Below, piece by piece: positions 1-9,521 of a DNA stretch of 64,000 bases; position 1 is the stretch's first letter; each line of letters opens with the position of its first letter. Both the position numbers and the translations under genes were made by a program. The notes beneath the pieces are model-generated. The model was not told the DNA's origin. It saw only the letters and a program-made list of their open reading frames with translations, and did no database searches. Where the stretch lies: positions 286,153 to 350,152 of the forward strand of contig JAGYIS010000005.1 of NCBI GenBank assembly GCA_018402255.1, read 5' to 3'. The DNA comes from Marinobacter sp. GTDB lineage: Bacteria > Pseudomonadota > Gammaproteobacteria > Pseudomonadales > Oleiphilaceae.

Positions 1-113
1 GTAAGGGGCATTTTACGGGCGACAACCATTTCGGTTTTGAGGCGGCCGCCTGGTATTGGCACTTTGTCGATGTGGTCTGGCTGGGCCTGTTTGTATTTGT
101 TTACATTATTTGA
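1..113 (+). CDS. cytochrome c oxidase subunit III, C-terminal fragment (gene begins upstream of the window)
   Basis: The frame-3 translation ...[36 protein letters not shown] ends at TGA 111-113. [10 protein letters not shown] is the conserved subunit III C-terminal motif. The canonical aa3 oxidase assembly genes follow. Confidence 0.8.
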   Translation, partial: KGHFTGDNHFGFEAAAWYWHFVDVVWLGLFVFVYII

Positions 114-129
114 CCAGGGTGTCTGGGGA

Positions 130-333
130 TCACGGCGTTGGATTCAGCGTCAGATCCCCGGTCCACAGAGACGTCAGTACCAATGCCAGTAACAGCACGC
201 TGAGGGCAACACGAACCGCCAGCGAGTTGACCACCCGGTTGGTTTTGCCACCGTCGCGAATCAGAAAGAACAATCCGCTGAACAGGCTGACCATAACGGC
301 CAACAACAGCACAACGATCAAGAATTTCAGCAT
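130..333 (-). CDS. small twin-transmembrane protein (DUF2909-like) typical of aa3 oxidase clusters
   Basis: The 67-aa ORF has two hydrophobic helices (FLIVVLLLAVMVSLFSGLFFL and ALSVLLLALVLTSLW). It has the position and opposite orientation seen between coxC and SURF1 in Pseudomonas-type clusters. Confidence 0.65.
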   Translation of the reverse strand: MLKFLIVVLLLAVMVSLFSGLFFLIRDGGKTNRVVNSLAVRVALSVLLLALVLTSLWTGDLTLNPTP

Positions 334-419
334 TGGGTTCCCTGGTATTGAGTTATTGTAATGGCAGGTATTCCGGCAGCGCGCCGGACCCCGATATCAC
401 TATAGCAAAGCATGGGTAG

Positions 420-1169
420 GTGCGGTTGATGAATCGCCGATGGCATTTTGACTGGCGATTACTGGTATTCAGCGGATTTTTTCTGCCCTTGTTGATCAGC
501 CTCGGGGTATGGCAACTGAACCGGGCCGATGAAAAGCAGGTATTGCTCGCGTCCTGGCAGCAGCAGGCTGGCGAAGCCGCTTGGCCGGAGATGGTTGAGG
601 TCGGGCTGCAGGTGGGTCAGCCGGCAACATTGACCGGCTGGTACACCGATTATACCTGGCTGCTGGATAACCGAACCCGGGATGGTATGCCCGGTTATGA
701 GGTGTTGACCTTGTTCAATCCGGTGGAGGGCCCGGCCGTGGTGGTTAACCGAGGCTGGATCAGGGCGCCCAGAACACGAGAGCAATTGCCACAGATAGAC
801 ACACCTGAAGCCCTCTTCACCCTCGAAGGCCGCCTGGATAACTACCCGGTACCACCGGTTTTGGCGAATGACTTGGAGATGGATAACCAGAATTGGCCAC
901 AACGGGTACAGACCCTGCCCCGGGACCGGGTACAGCAACAGGTGGATCGGCCGGCACAGATGGTACTGAAGCTGTCAGACAGCCAGCAACCGGGTGCCTA
1001 CCGTGCCGATCTTGCCCCTGATGTAATGGGCCCTCAAACTCACTATGGTTATGCTGCGCAGTGGTTTACGCTGGCGCTGGCACTGGCTATATTGACGTTA
1101 GTTGCGAGTACTAAAAAAATAACGAATGACCGAAAGACAGGAGCCGATAATGACAACGACAACGGCTGA
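420..1169 (+). CDS. SURF1 family cytochrome oxidase assembly protein
   Basis: It has an N-terminal TM helix plus GVWQLNRADEK, GYEVLTLF, VVNRGWI and a C-terminal HYGYAAQWFTLALA helix, which is the SURF1/Shy1 signature. The start is GTG 420, with ATG 429 as an alternative. Confidence 0.85.
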   Translation: MRLMNRRWHFDWRLLVFSGFFLPLLISLGVWQLNRADEKQVLLASWQQQAGEAAWPEMVEVGLQVGQPATLTGWYTDYTWLLDNRTRDGMPGYEVLTLFNPVEGPAVVVNRGWIRAPRTREQLPQIDTPEALFTLEGRLDNYPVPPVLANDLEMDNQNWPQRVQTLPRDRVQQQVDRPAQMVLKLSDSQQPGAYRADLAPDVMGPQTHYGYAAQWFTLALALAILTLVASTKKITNDRKTGADNDNDNG

Positions 1170-1791
1170 CTCCGTGACCGGGAAGGATTCACCCAACCCG
1201 GAACAGGTTCGTCGTGGCCGGCGCACCGCCCTGCTGCTGTTTGCAGTGGGTTTCGGGCCGATGGTTCTGGCCACAATCATGTTTTACACAGGCTGGCTCA
1301 ACCCCATGGGTCACACCAATCAGGGCGAGCTGATCATGCCGCCGGTACCGGTGCAGGCATTCAACCTGGAAACCTCGGAGGGTGAACCCCTGGTCCAGCG
1401 TTTCGGCGTCGACAAGGTCGATCCGAACTGGCTTATGCTGGTGGTTGCTGGCCCTTGCGGCGGCGATTGCGAGCAGCTGCTCTATCTCTCCCGACAGGTC
1501 AATATTGCGCTTGGCAAGTATGCCCCCCGCGTCAGCCGTGCCGCGGCCCTGGGGAGTGTTCCAGCCAGTCTGGAACAACGCTGGAGTACTGAGTACAGCT
1601 CAATGGAGCGATTGCAGCATGCACCGGGTACGACACCAGCCTGGCCCGCCGGCGTTGTCCCCGACGATGCGCCCCGGATTCTGCTGGTGGATCCGTTTGG
1701 TAATGTGATGATGCATTATGGCGTGGAGCACAGCGGCAAGCAGCTTCTCAAGGATCTCAAGCAGCTGCTGAAGCTTTCGCAAATCGGCTGA
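1150..1791 (+). CDS. conserved hypothetical membrane-anchored protein of the oxidase assembly cluster (one TM helix, CGGDC motif)
   Basis: ATG 1150 is preceded by AGGAG at 1138-1142, so it is preferred over ATG 1126. The protein has a TM helix (ALLLFAVGFGPMVLATIMFY) and a CxxxC-like CGGDC. It sits between SURF1 and ctaA, as the PA0111-type gene does in Pseudomonas. Confidence 0.55.
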   Translation: MTTTTADSVTGKDSPNPEQVRRGRRTALLLFAVGFGPMVLATIMFYTGWLNPMGHTNQGELIMPPVPVQAFNLETSEGEPLVQRFGVDKVDPNWLMLVVAGPCGGDCEQLLYLSRQVNIALGKYAPRVSRAAALGSVPASLEQRWSTEYSSMERLQHAPGTTPAWPAGVVPDDAPRILLVDPFGNVMMHYGVEHSGKQLLKDLKQLLKLSQIG

Positions 1792-1810
1792 ACATAGGGG
1801 CAAACAGAAC

Positions 1811-2920
1811 GTGACCGAACCACTGACCCTTGAACAGCCTGCGGACATCGCAAAAAAAATGGCCCGCTGGTCTGCTTATGCCTGCGGACTGGCCATCGTT
1901 GTCATTATGCTGGGCGCCTGGACCAGATTAGTTGATGCCGGCCTGGGTTGTCCGGACTGGCCCGGCTGCTACGGTTTTCTGACGGTGCCCCAGAGCGAAG
2001 CCAGTATCGCCATCGCCAATGCCCGGTTCCCTGAAACACCGGTGGACGTGGCCAAGGGCTGGCCGGAGATGATTCATCGCTATGCAGCCGGAATTCTGGG
2101 GCTGGTGGTGTTTGCACTGGCGGCAGTGGCGGTGCGTCATCGCCGTTCTGGTGTTCCGGTTAAACTGCCGTTGTTCATCGCTGGTTTTATTTTGCTGCAG
2201 GGTGCCTTTGGTGCCTGGACCGTGACCCTCAAATTGTGGCCACAAGTAGTGGCATTGCATCTGTTGGGTGGTTTTACCACGTTGAGTTTGTTGCTGCTGC
2301 TAACACTCCGGTTACGCAAGCGTGCTGAGGCAGGCTCCGGACAGCGAGACATGTCATCCGTCAGACTGGGTCGGTTTCGCCCCTGGCTTTACGGTGGTTT
2401 GTTCCTGGTAGTTCTGCAGATCGCCCTGGGCGCCTGGACCGCGGCAAATTATGCCGCGGTTGCCTGCACGGATCTGCCCACCTGTCAGGGCCAGTGGTGG
2501 CCTCAGGGCATGGATTTCCGTCATGGTTTTGACATCACCCAGCAGGTTGGCCCTAACTACCTGGGTGGACAGTTGACGGCAGACGGTCGCGTCGCCATTC
2601 ATGTGACCCACCGCCTGGGTGCCGTTATCGTGCTTGGCTACCTGGTTATTTTGCTGGGCCTGCTTTGGCGGCAACGAGGTAACAGTAATCTTGATCGGAG
2701 CATTGCGCTGATCGCGGCAGCACTGACGCTGCAGATTGCTCTGGGGCTCGCCAACGTCTGGTTCTACATTCCGCTGTCTATTGCCATTGCGCACAACGCG
2801 ATGGGTGCCGGTTTGCTGCTGTCCATGGTTAACCTGATCTGGCGTCATCATCGGCTGCCACACGTACAGACATCCCCCGCCACACATACAACAACCATAA
2901 ATCGGGAGGTAACGGCATGA
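1811..2920 (+). CDS. ctaA: heme A synthase (COX15/CtaA family)
   Basis: The 369-aa polytopic protein carries CPDWPGCYG and conserved His residues in TM helices (IHRYAAG, ALHLLGG, HVTHRLGA, IAHNAMGA). Its stop overlaps the cyoE/ctaB start (ATGA). Confidence 0.85.
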   Translation: MTEPLTLEQPADIAKKMARWSAYACGLAIVVIMLGAWTRLVDAGLGCPDWPGCYGFLTVPQSEASIAIANARFPETPVDVAKGWPEMIHRYAAGILGLVVFALAAVAVRHRRSGVPVKLPLFIAGFILLQGAFGAWTVTLKLWPQVVALHLLGGFTTLSLLLLLTLRLRKRAEAGSGQRDMSSVRLGRFRPWLYGGLFLVVLQIALGAWTAANYAAVACTDLPTCQGQWWPQGMDFRHGFDITQQVGPNYLGGQLTADGRVAIHVTHRLGAVIVLGYLVILLGLLWRQRGNSNLDRSIALIAAALTLQIALGLANVWFYIPLSIAIAHNAMGAGLLLSMVNLIWRHHRLPHVQTSPATHTTTINREVTA

Positions 2921-3837
2921 GCGAGCAAGTTGAAGCGCTGCCGGCTGAGGAGCTTGCGAGCTCCACAAACACTACAATTTCATGGCGAGACTACCTGGAG
3001 CTGACCAAGCCCAGGGTGGTCGCGCTGATGATCCTGACCTCCGTCATCGGTATGCTGTTGGCAGCGCCCGGAGTGCCCGGTTGGGGGGTGCTCTTTTACG
3101 GCAACCTGGGCATTGCGTTGTTGGCTGGTGCGGCGGCGGTGGTCAACCATGTGGTCGATCAGAAGATCGATACCGTGATGGCACGTACCCGCAAACGGCC
3201 CGTTGCCACCGGTCGTATTGCGACCCTCGACGCCATGCTGTTCGCGACGCTGTTGGCGGCCGTAGGCATGTTCGTCCTGATCTGGCAGGTCAATGAGCTG
3301 ACCGCCTGGCTGACGCTGGCTTCCTTGGTCGGCTACGCCGGCGTGTACACCCTGTTCCTCAAGCGGGCGACACCCCAGAATATCGTGATTGGTGGTCTGG
3401 CCGGAGCCATGCCGCCGCTGCTGGGCTGGACCGCCGTGACCGGTCAGGTGGATGGCCACGCACTGCTGCTGGTGTTGATCATCTTTGCCTGGACGCCGCC
3501 ACATTTCTGGGCGCTGGCAATTCACCGCAAAGAAGAATATGCCAAGGCGGGTATCCCCATGCTGCCGGTTACTCACGGCAACAAATACACCGAACTGCAT
3601 ATCCTGCTGTACACCCTGATGTTGCTGGCGGTCAGCCTGCTACCTTTTGTCACAGGGATGTCCGGCGGTATTTACCTGATTGGTGCTCTGGCACTAGGCT
3701 TGCGTTTCCTGCAGTACGCCATCCGTTTGCTCAAAGGCGATGACCGGCGTGTTGCCCTGAAGACCTTCAAGTATTCGATTACTTACCTGATGGTGCTTTT
3801 TGTGGTGTTGCTGGTGGATCACTTTGTCTACTTCTGA
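2917..3837 (+). CDS. cyoE: protoheme IX farnesyltransferase (heme O synthase)
   Basis: The translation shows LELTKPRVV, NHVVDQKIDTVMARTRKRP and FAWTPPHFWALA, which are UbiA-family heme O synthase motifs. Confidence 0.95.
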   Translation: MSEQVEALPAEELASSTNTTISWRDYLELTKPRVVALMILTSVIGMLLAAPGVPGWGVLFYGNLGIALLAGAAAVVNHVVDQKIDTVMARTRKRPVATGRIATLDAMLFATLLAAVGMFVLIWQVNELTAWLTLASLVGYAGVYTLFLKRATPQNIVIGGLAGAMPPLLGWTAVTGQVDGHALLLVLIIFAWTPPHFWALAIHRKEEYAKAGIPMLPVTHGNKYTELHILLYTLMLLAVSLLPFVTGMSGGIYLIGALALGLRFLQYAIRLLKGDDRRVALKTFKYSITYLMVLFVVLLVDHFVYF

Positions 3838-3874
3838 CAACTGGCTTTTGAATTTGTAACCTGTTGGAGGCCCT

Positions 3875-4534
3875 ATGGGGCGGTCGGTAAGAATTACGCT
3901 GTTGGTTTTATTGATGCTGGTGATGCTGGTCTTTGGTTTGACGGTTGGCCGCCAGGTGTTCTGGGGCGCTGACTCAGAGCCCGAGCCGGCTCCGAACCTG
4001 AGCCAATACAATGCCTATGTCTATGATCAGCCGAGACAGTTGGCAGAATTTACCCTGACCAATGAGCAGGGCGAAACCGTCACTCGGGAAGAGCTCAAGG
4101 GCCGGTGGACGTTTGTCTTTGTCGGCTACACCAATTGCCCTGACATTTGCCCGGTGGCCATGGCCAACCTGCGCCAGATGGACCAACTGCTTTCAGCGGA
4201 ACTGCCACAACCGGATTACCTGTTGGTGACCGCCGATCCGGAGTATGACACGCCCGAGCAACTGAAAGCCTACACCGGTTTTTATGGCGACAATTTCCAT
4301 GGCCTGACCGGCGAGCTGGAGACCCTTCGCCAGCTCGCGCAGAGTCTCAGCGCGGTGTTTGTTCACCGGGAAGTGGATGGTGAATTGCTGGTGGATCACA
4401 GCGGTCACTTTGCCCTGCTCAACCCGGACGGCCAGTTGCAGGCCCTGATTCAGCCGCCTCACAACCCTCAGGAGTTGGCCCAGGCGTTCCAGCGCATCTA
4501 TCAATGGTCGCTCACCCGGCAGCCCGGGGCGTAA
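3875..4534 (+). CDS. SCO1/SenC family copper chaperone
   Basis: It has a signal-anchor helix, the copper-binding motif FVGYTNCPDICP and a downstream DHSGHF motif containing His. Confidence 0.9.
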   Translation: MGRSVRITLLVLLMLVMLVFGLTVGRQVFWGADSEPEPAPNLSQYNAYVYDQPRQLAEFTLTNEQGETVTREELKGRWTFVFVGYTNCPDICPVAMANLRQMDQLLSAELPQPDYLLVTADPEYDTPEQLKAYTGFYGDNFHGLTGELETLRQLAQSLSAVFVHREVDGELLVDHSGHFALLNPDGQLQALIQPPHNPQELAQAFQRIYQWSLTRQPGA

Positions 4535-4656
4535 TCCCGGCTTGCTCTGCTGAGCGCACTGCGGAGCGTTTAAGGCCAAGGTCACACTGACAATGCTCAG
4601 GTGGTCGCATACACTGCCCGGTTTCAGCCACTGACGAAACGAGCGCCGGGCGGTTT

Positions 4657-5859
4657 ATGACCTCTTTTCAAGATACTTCTACAAGACAACTGTTCACGGT
4701 CCTGACCGCAGGTGCCCTGGTGCTGCTGGTGGTGCATGGCCTGGGCCGGTTTATCTATACCCCCCTGTTGCCGTACCTGGTGGCAGACCAACAGTTCAGT
4801 GCACCGGACGGCGCGGCGGTCGCAACCTGGAATTACCTGGGTTATCTGATGGGGGCGATGCTGGCAATTCGCTGGCATCGTATCGACCAGATTCGCTTCA
4901 TGTTGCCGTTGTTTATGATGATTCACGTGGTGACCACCCTGATCATCACCCAAACCGATCATCTGACGGTGATTTCCACCAGTCGCTGGCTCAACGGTGT
5001 GGCCAATGGTGTGATATTCGTGCAGGCGCCGGCGCTGATTCTCGAATGGTTGGTCCTGCGTAAACGTGCCTCGCTGAGCGGGCTGGTGTATATCGGGGTC
5101 GGCGTTGGCCTGCTGGTGTCCAGTGGTCTGGTGACCGGTTCGGCAACCATGCTGGAAGGCGCTGAGCGCTGGTGGCCTGCGGCTTTGTTATCGATACCGT
5201 TGGCCTGGTGGGGCGTCGTGCAACTGCGCCGGCTGGAGGTACCGGTGCGTCAGCACGATGATTCCGGGCAGATCGTTACCAATACCCCGTTGCTCGATCG
5301 CGCCAGTGTTCCGCTATTCCTGTCTTATGCGGGGGCCGGTCTGGGCTACATTCTGCCGATGACCTTCCTGCCGCTGCTGGCGAAGCTGACGTTGCCTCAA
5401 GGCCACGGATTGCTGGATGGTACCTGGGTAGTTGTGGCGCTGTTCACCATTCCCGCCCCATGGCTCTGGAACAAGCTGGGCTCGTTGATGGGTGATCTGC
5501 CGGCGTTGCGACTGAACTTCATCATTCAGTTGCTCGGGGTGTTGGCGGCGGTGATCTGGCCCGGGCCCGTTGGGCTGGTGCTTTGTGCTGCGCTGGTGGG
5601 CAGCACGTTTTTGGGTACCGTATTGCTGACCCAGCGTATTGGTCGAGCATTGCACCCACACCAAGGCCCCCGGTTGTCGGCGGCAATGGTCGCTTTGTAT
5701 GGTTTTACCCAGATGGTGGGGCCCTGGCTGACCAAGCAATGGCTGGATGCTGGCGGCACGCTGGGGTCTGCGTTCGGGATTGGCGTGGCGGCTTTGGTGT
5801 TCGGCCTGGCATTTGCGTTTTTCGTACCCAGGCCTGAGTTGTGGCATTCTCGGGCATGA
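4657..5859 (+). CDS. YbfB/YjiJ family MFS transporter
   Basis: The 400-aa protein has about 12 hydrophobic segments. The N-terminal GLGRFIYTPLLPYL is typical of the YbfB/YjiJ subfamily. Confidence 0.75.
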   Translation: MTSFQDTSTRQLFTVLTAGALVLLVVHGLGRFIYTPLLPYLVADQQFSAPDGAAVATWNYLGYLMGAMLAIRWHRIDQIRFMLPLFMMIHVVTTLIITQTDHLTVISTSRWLNGVANGVIFVQAPALILEWLVLRKRASLSGLVYIGVGVGLLVSSGLVTGSATMLEGAERWWPAALLSIPLAWWGVVQLRRLEVPVRQHDDSGQIVTNTPLLDRASVPLFLSYAGAGLGYILPMTFLPLLAKLTLPQGHGLLDGTWVVVALFTIPAPWLWNKLGSLMGDLPALRLNFIIQLLGVLAAVIWPGPVGLVLCAALVGSTFLGTVLLTQRIGRALHPHQGPRLSAAMVALYGFTQMVGPWLTKQWLDAGGTLGSAFGIGVAALVFGLAFAFFVPRPELWHSRA

Positions 5860-5908
5860 TCGGCGCCCTACCTACCCGCCCAAACCACAGGCTGAACTCA
5901 AGCTCGTC

Positions 5909-8383
5909 ATGCTACCGATAGACCAGATCCTGCCAGAGCTGAAACAGACTCTGGAAAAAACGACCACCGCTTTGCTGCAGGCGCCGCCGGGCGCTGGTAA
6001 AACCACGCGCGTACCGCTGGCGTTGCTGGATGCGTCCTGGTGCCAAGGTCGTAAAATCCTGATGCTGGAACCCAGACGACTGGCGGCTCGGACGGCGGCC
6101 CGCTTTATGGCTAAACAACTGGGTGAACAGCCGGGCCAGACCGTCGGATATCGGACCCGGCTGGATACCCGGGTGTCCGGTAACACCAGAATTGAAGTGG
6201 TGACCGAAGGCATCCTGACTCGCCTGATCCAGAGCGATCCCATGCTGGACGATTACGCCGCCATTCTGTTTGATGAATTCCATGAACGATCCCTGCAGGC
6301 CGACTTGGGCCTGGCGTTGGCCCGGGAAACCCAGCAGGTGTTGCGGGAGGATCTTCGGATACTGGTGATGTCGGCCACACTGGATACCGCACCGATTGCC
6401 CGGATTCTTGGTGATGTACCGGTGTTACGCAGCGAAGGTCGGGCCTATCCGGTTGAGGTGATCTACCGCCCGGGCGCTCGTAACAGTCGGGTGGCGGATC
6501 AGGTGGTTGCCGTGGTGCAGGAGGCCCTGCGCGAGCAGACCGGGTCTATGCTGGTGTTCTTGCCTGGTGCCGGCGAGATTCGACGGGTAGCGCAGCAGTT
6601 GCAGGGCCAGTTGCCAGCCAATGTGCTGCTGGCACCGCTGTACGGCAATCTGAAATCCGACGAACAGGACCGGGCGATTGCGCCGGCACCGGAGGCAACC
6701 CGGAAGGTTGTTCTGGCAACCGCCATCGCCGAAACCAGTCTGACCATTGAGGGTGTGCGGGTAGTGATTGACGGTGGCCAGCAGCGCCGGGCGGTGTTCG
6801 ATCCAAACAGCGGCATGACTCGCCTGATGACCGGCAGGCTCTCCAAGGCGTCGGCGGAGCAACGTAAAGGTCGGGCCGGTCGTATTGAGCCGGGGGTGTG
6901 TTACCGAGTGTGGAGTGAGTCCGAGCAGTTCGGATTGGCGGATTTTACCCCGCCCGAGATTCAGCAGGCGGATTTGGCGCCGCTGGTGCTGGAGCTGGCC
7001 CAATGGGGTGCCCGCGCGCCGGATCAGATTGCCTGGATTGACCCGCCACCCAATGCCCATTGGCAGCAAGCGGTAACGCTGTTGCAGTGGCTTGATATGT
7101 TGGATGCGGACGGCGCCATCACGAACCACGGCAAGGCCGCCCGCGAGCTGGGACTGCACCCGCGCCTGGCCCACATGGTGCTGAAGGGCCGAGCGTTGGG
7201 GCTTGGTCAATTAGCGGCCGAACTGGCGGCATTACTTGAAGACCGAGACCTGCTCGGGCCAGGCTCCGGGGCCGATTTGCACGAGCGGATTCGGGTCTTG
7301 CGGGGTGAGCGGGGCCAGCGCGGGCTGGATGCAGCCCGTTTGAAGGCCATTCAGCAGGCGGCGAAGCGACTTTGCCCGCAACCAGAATCTCAGGACCTGG
7401 CCAGTGCCACCGAGGTGGGACGGCTGCTGGCCCAAGCCTATCCGGATCGCGTGGCCCGCCGTCGCTCAGGCTCCATGCCCCGTTATCAACTCAGTAATGG
7501 CAAGGGCGCGGTGTTGCGGGAGGACGATGCGCTGGCCCGGCAGGACTGGTTGGTGGCGGCAGATCTGGATGGTCAATCCCGCGAGGCGACTATCTATCTG
7601 GCAGCGCCGGTGGATCTGGCAGATCTGGAGCGGGATCTGGCGGCACATATCGAAGAGCGCGACGAAGCCATCTGGGACGATAAACGGGGCACCGTGGTGG
7701 CCCGTAACGTTCGCAAAATGGGCGCACTGGTACTGGCAGAGAGGGCCCTGGCGAGGGTTAACCCGGAGCTGTTGCAGCAGGGCTTGCTGGATGCCGTGCG
7801 CAGGAAAGGCCTGGCCAGCCTGCCCTGGACGCCAGGCGCGCGACAATGGTGTGCCCGGGTGCAATTGCTGGCAAGGCAGTTTCCCGGTGACTGGCCAGAA
7901 GTCAGCGAGGCGGCGCTGCTGGACAGCCTGGAGCGTTGGCTGGCGCCGTTTCTGACCGGGATGACGCGCTGGTCAGACCTCAGCGGCCTCAATCTCATTC
8001 AGGCCCTGGATTCGTTGTTGGCGTACCCGCAACAACAGCAGCTGGAGAGCCTGGCACCGCGCAGCCTCGCCATCCCCACGGGTCAGAATGTGGCTCTGGA
8101 CTACACTGCGGAAAACGGACCGGTGCTGGCCGCCAAACTTCAGGCCCTGTTCGGCTGGACGGAAACACCGACCGTGGCCGGCGGCCGGGTGCCGGTGGTG
8201 ATCCACCTGCTCTCACCCGCACAGCGCCCTTTGGCGGTTACCGCAGATCTCGCCAGCTTCTGGAAAAACGCCTACCCGGAGGTGCGCAAGGACACGCGCG
8301 GTCGCTATCCCAAACACCCCTGGCCAGAAGATCCATTTACGGCAACGCCGCAACAGGGTACGAAAAAGCGCCCGGTTCGTTGA
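5909..8383 (+). CDS. hrpB: ATP-dependent RNA helicase HrpB (DEAH box)
   Basis: The translation shows LQAPPGAGKTTRVP (Walker A), DEFHERS (DEAH-type motif II), SATLD and QRKGRAGR. Start ATG 5909 (MLPIDQILPEL) is chosen because the ORF-track extension from 5747 overlaps the preceding MFS gene. Confidence 0.9.
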   Translation: MLPIDQILPELKQTLEKTTTALLQAPPGAGKTTRVPLALLDASWCQGRKILMLEPRRLAARTAARFMAKQLGEQPGQTVGYRTRLDTRVSGNTRIEVVTEGILTRLIQSDPMLDDYAAILFDEFHERSLQADLGLALARETQQVLREDLRILVMSATLDTAPIARILGDVPVLRSEGRAYPVEVIYRPGARNSRVADQVVAVVQEALREQTGSMLVFLPGAGEIRRVAQQLQGQLPANVLLAPLYGNLKSDEQDRAIAPAPEATRKVVLATAIAETSLTIEGVRVVIDGGQQRRAVFDPNSGMTRLMTGRLSKASAEQRKGRAGRIEPGVCYRVWSESEQFGLADFTPPEIQQADLAPLVLELAQWGARAPDQIAWIDPPPNAHWQQAVTLLQWLDMLDADGAITNHGKAARELGLHPRLAHMVLKGRALGLGQLAAELAALLEDRDLLGPGSGADLHERIRVLRGERGQRGLDAARLKAIQQAAKRLCPQPESQDLASATEVGRLLAQAYPDRVARRRSGSMPRYQLSNGKGAVLREDDALARQDWLVAADLDGQSREATIYLAAPVDLADLERDLAAHIEERDEAIWDDKRGTVVARNVRKMGALVLAERALARVNPELLQQGLLDAVRRKGLASLPWTPGARQWCARVQLLARQFPGDWPEVSEAALLDSLERWLAPFLTGMTRWSDLSGLNLIQALDSLLAYPQQQQLESLAPRSLAIPTGQNVALDYTAENGPVLAAKLQALFGWTETPTVAGGRVPVVIHLLSPAQRPLAVTADLASFWKNAYPEVRKDTRGRYPKHPWPEDPFTATPQQGTKKRPVR

Positions 8384-8467
8384 GCGTCCGGTGATTGTCG
8401 ATTCAGCCATGCTCAAACGGCCTGCCCGGCTGTTCCGGTCGTGCTCACAATCAACTGACAAGAATGC

Positions 8468-8495
8468 TTGCCAGAAACCCGCAACTGTATAAAAT
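8468..8495 (+). promoter_or_regulatory. candidate sigma-70 promoter for the ATP-grasp gene
   Basis: TTGCCA (8468-8473), a 16-nt spacer, then TAAAAT (8490-8495). It lies about 30 nt upstream of ATG 8528. Confidence 0.3.
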
Positions 8496-8527
8496 GCGCG
8501 CAATTCTCTTCGAGTGCCGCTGACACC

Positions 8528-9346
8528 ATGCACCTGGTTTCCTTTGATATCTTCCGTACCCTGGGTTTTCCTGATACCACGGTTCTCAAACCGGACCAAT
8601 TTCTCCGCTATAAAGACCTGCTGCGCGAAACAGACTGGGTTTTGTTCCCGGAGTACTGGCAGCTGAACGCCTTGGTCCATGGCCTCAAGTGCCGGGTGTT
8701 TCCAAGCGAGGCCAGTTACCGTATTGGCCACGACAAGGTGGAAATGACCCGCGCTTTCCAGACCGTGGCTCCGGAGCACACGCCCTGGACGATAATTGAG
8801 GCCAATGGCCCGCAGGAGCGGGATTTAATCTGGGATGCCATGGCTTTGCCGTTTGTCGCCAAACTGCCCAAGGCCAGTATGGGCGAGGGTGTGTGGCTGA
8901 TTGAAAGCCGGCAAGACTGGCAGCGCTACTGCGAACGGAGCCACGTGCTCTATGCTCAGGAATACCTGCCGATTGATCGCGATGTCCGGGTTGTGGTGGT
9001 GGGTGACCGGGTACTGACGGCCTATTGGCGAACCCAGGCGGAACAGGGGTTCTACAACAATGTGGCCCGCGGTGGTCGGATTGACACCAGTCCGGTGCCA
9101 GAGGCGGCCACCGACCTGGCGTTGAGGCTGGCCCGGGACTTGGGTGTGGATCATGCCGGCTTTGATATCGCCCTGGTGGACGGCTACCCATATGTGCTCG
9201 AATTCAACCGGCTGTTCGGCAATCAGGGGCTGAGCCAGGGCAGTGATCTGAAAGAGGCGATCCTTGATTACCTGCACCGGCAAAGTTGTCCTCAGGATCC
9301 TGACGGACCCACTGAGCCGACCCCGCTATGGCCGATTGCAGTGTGA
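8528..9346 (+). CDS. ATP-grasp domain protein (RimK-like ligase family)
   Basis: The 272-aa protein from ATG 8528 has FVAKLPKASMGEGVWL, YAQEYLPIDRDVRVVVVG and FDIALVDGYPYVLEFN, which are typical ATP-grasp nucleotide-binding segments. Confidence 0.7.
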   Translation: MHLVSFDIFRTLGFPDTTVLKPDQFLRYKDLLRETDWVLFPEYWQLNALVHGLKCRVFPSEASYRIGHDKVEMTRAFQTVAPEHTPWTIIEANGPQERDLIWDAMALPFVAKLPKASMGEGVWLIESRQDWQRYCERSHVLYAQEYLPIDRDVRVVVVGDRVLTAYWRTQAEQGFYNNVARGGRIDTSPVPEAATDLALRLARDLGVDHAGFDIALVDGYPYVLEFNRLFGNQGLSQGSDLKEAILDYLHRQSCPQDPDGPTEPTPLWPIAV

Positions 9347-9521
9347 AAATCTTGCGTCATTCCATGCACTAACACCGGTTTTGTACTACGGTTTTATGGG
9401 TACAACTGCGCATTTGCGGTGATCGGAAAAAAGCCCGATGATCGCGAAATCTTATCGGTGCTGAAGCCTTGCTACGGTGCCTTTTTCATATCTGTTTGCC
9501 CTGTGGAGGGACACACCACCC

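Noticed and set aside
5747-5908. N-terminal extensions offered by the ORF track for hrpB (5747). The same applies to the sigma-54 activator (18753), ybaK (30105), the CheY-like gene (38168), MarR (48227) and the SDR gene (51302).
   Set aside because: The extensions overlap neighbouring genes or promoters and lack homology-like sequence. Internal ATGs with good SD sequences give canonical protein N-termini.
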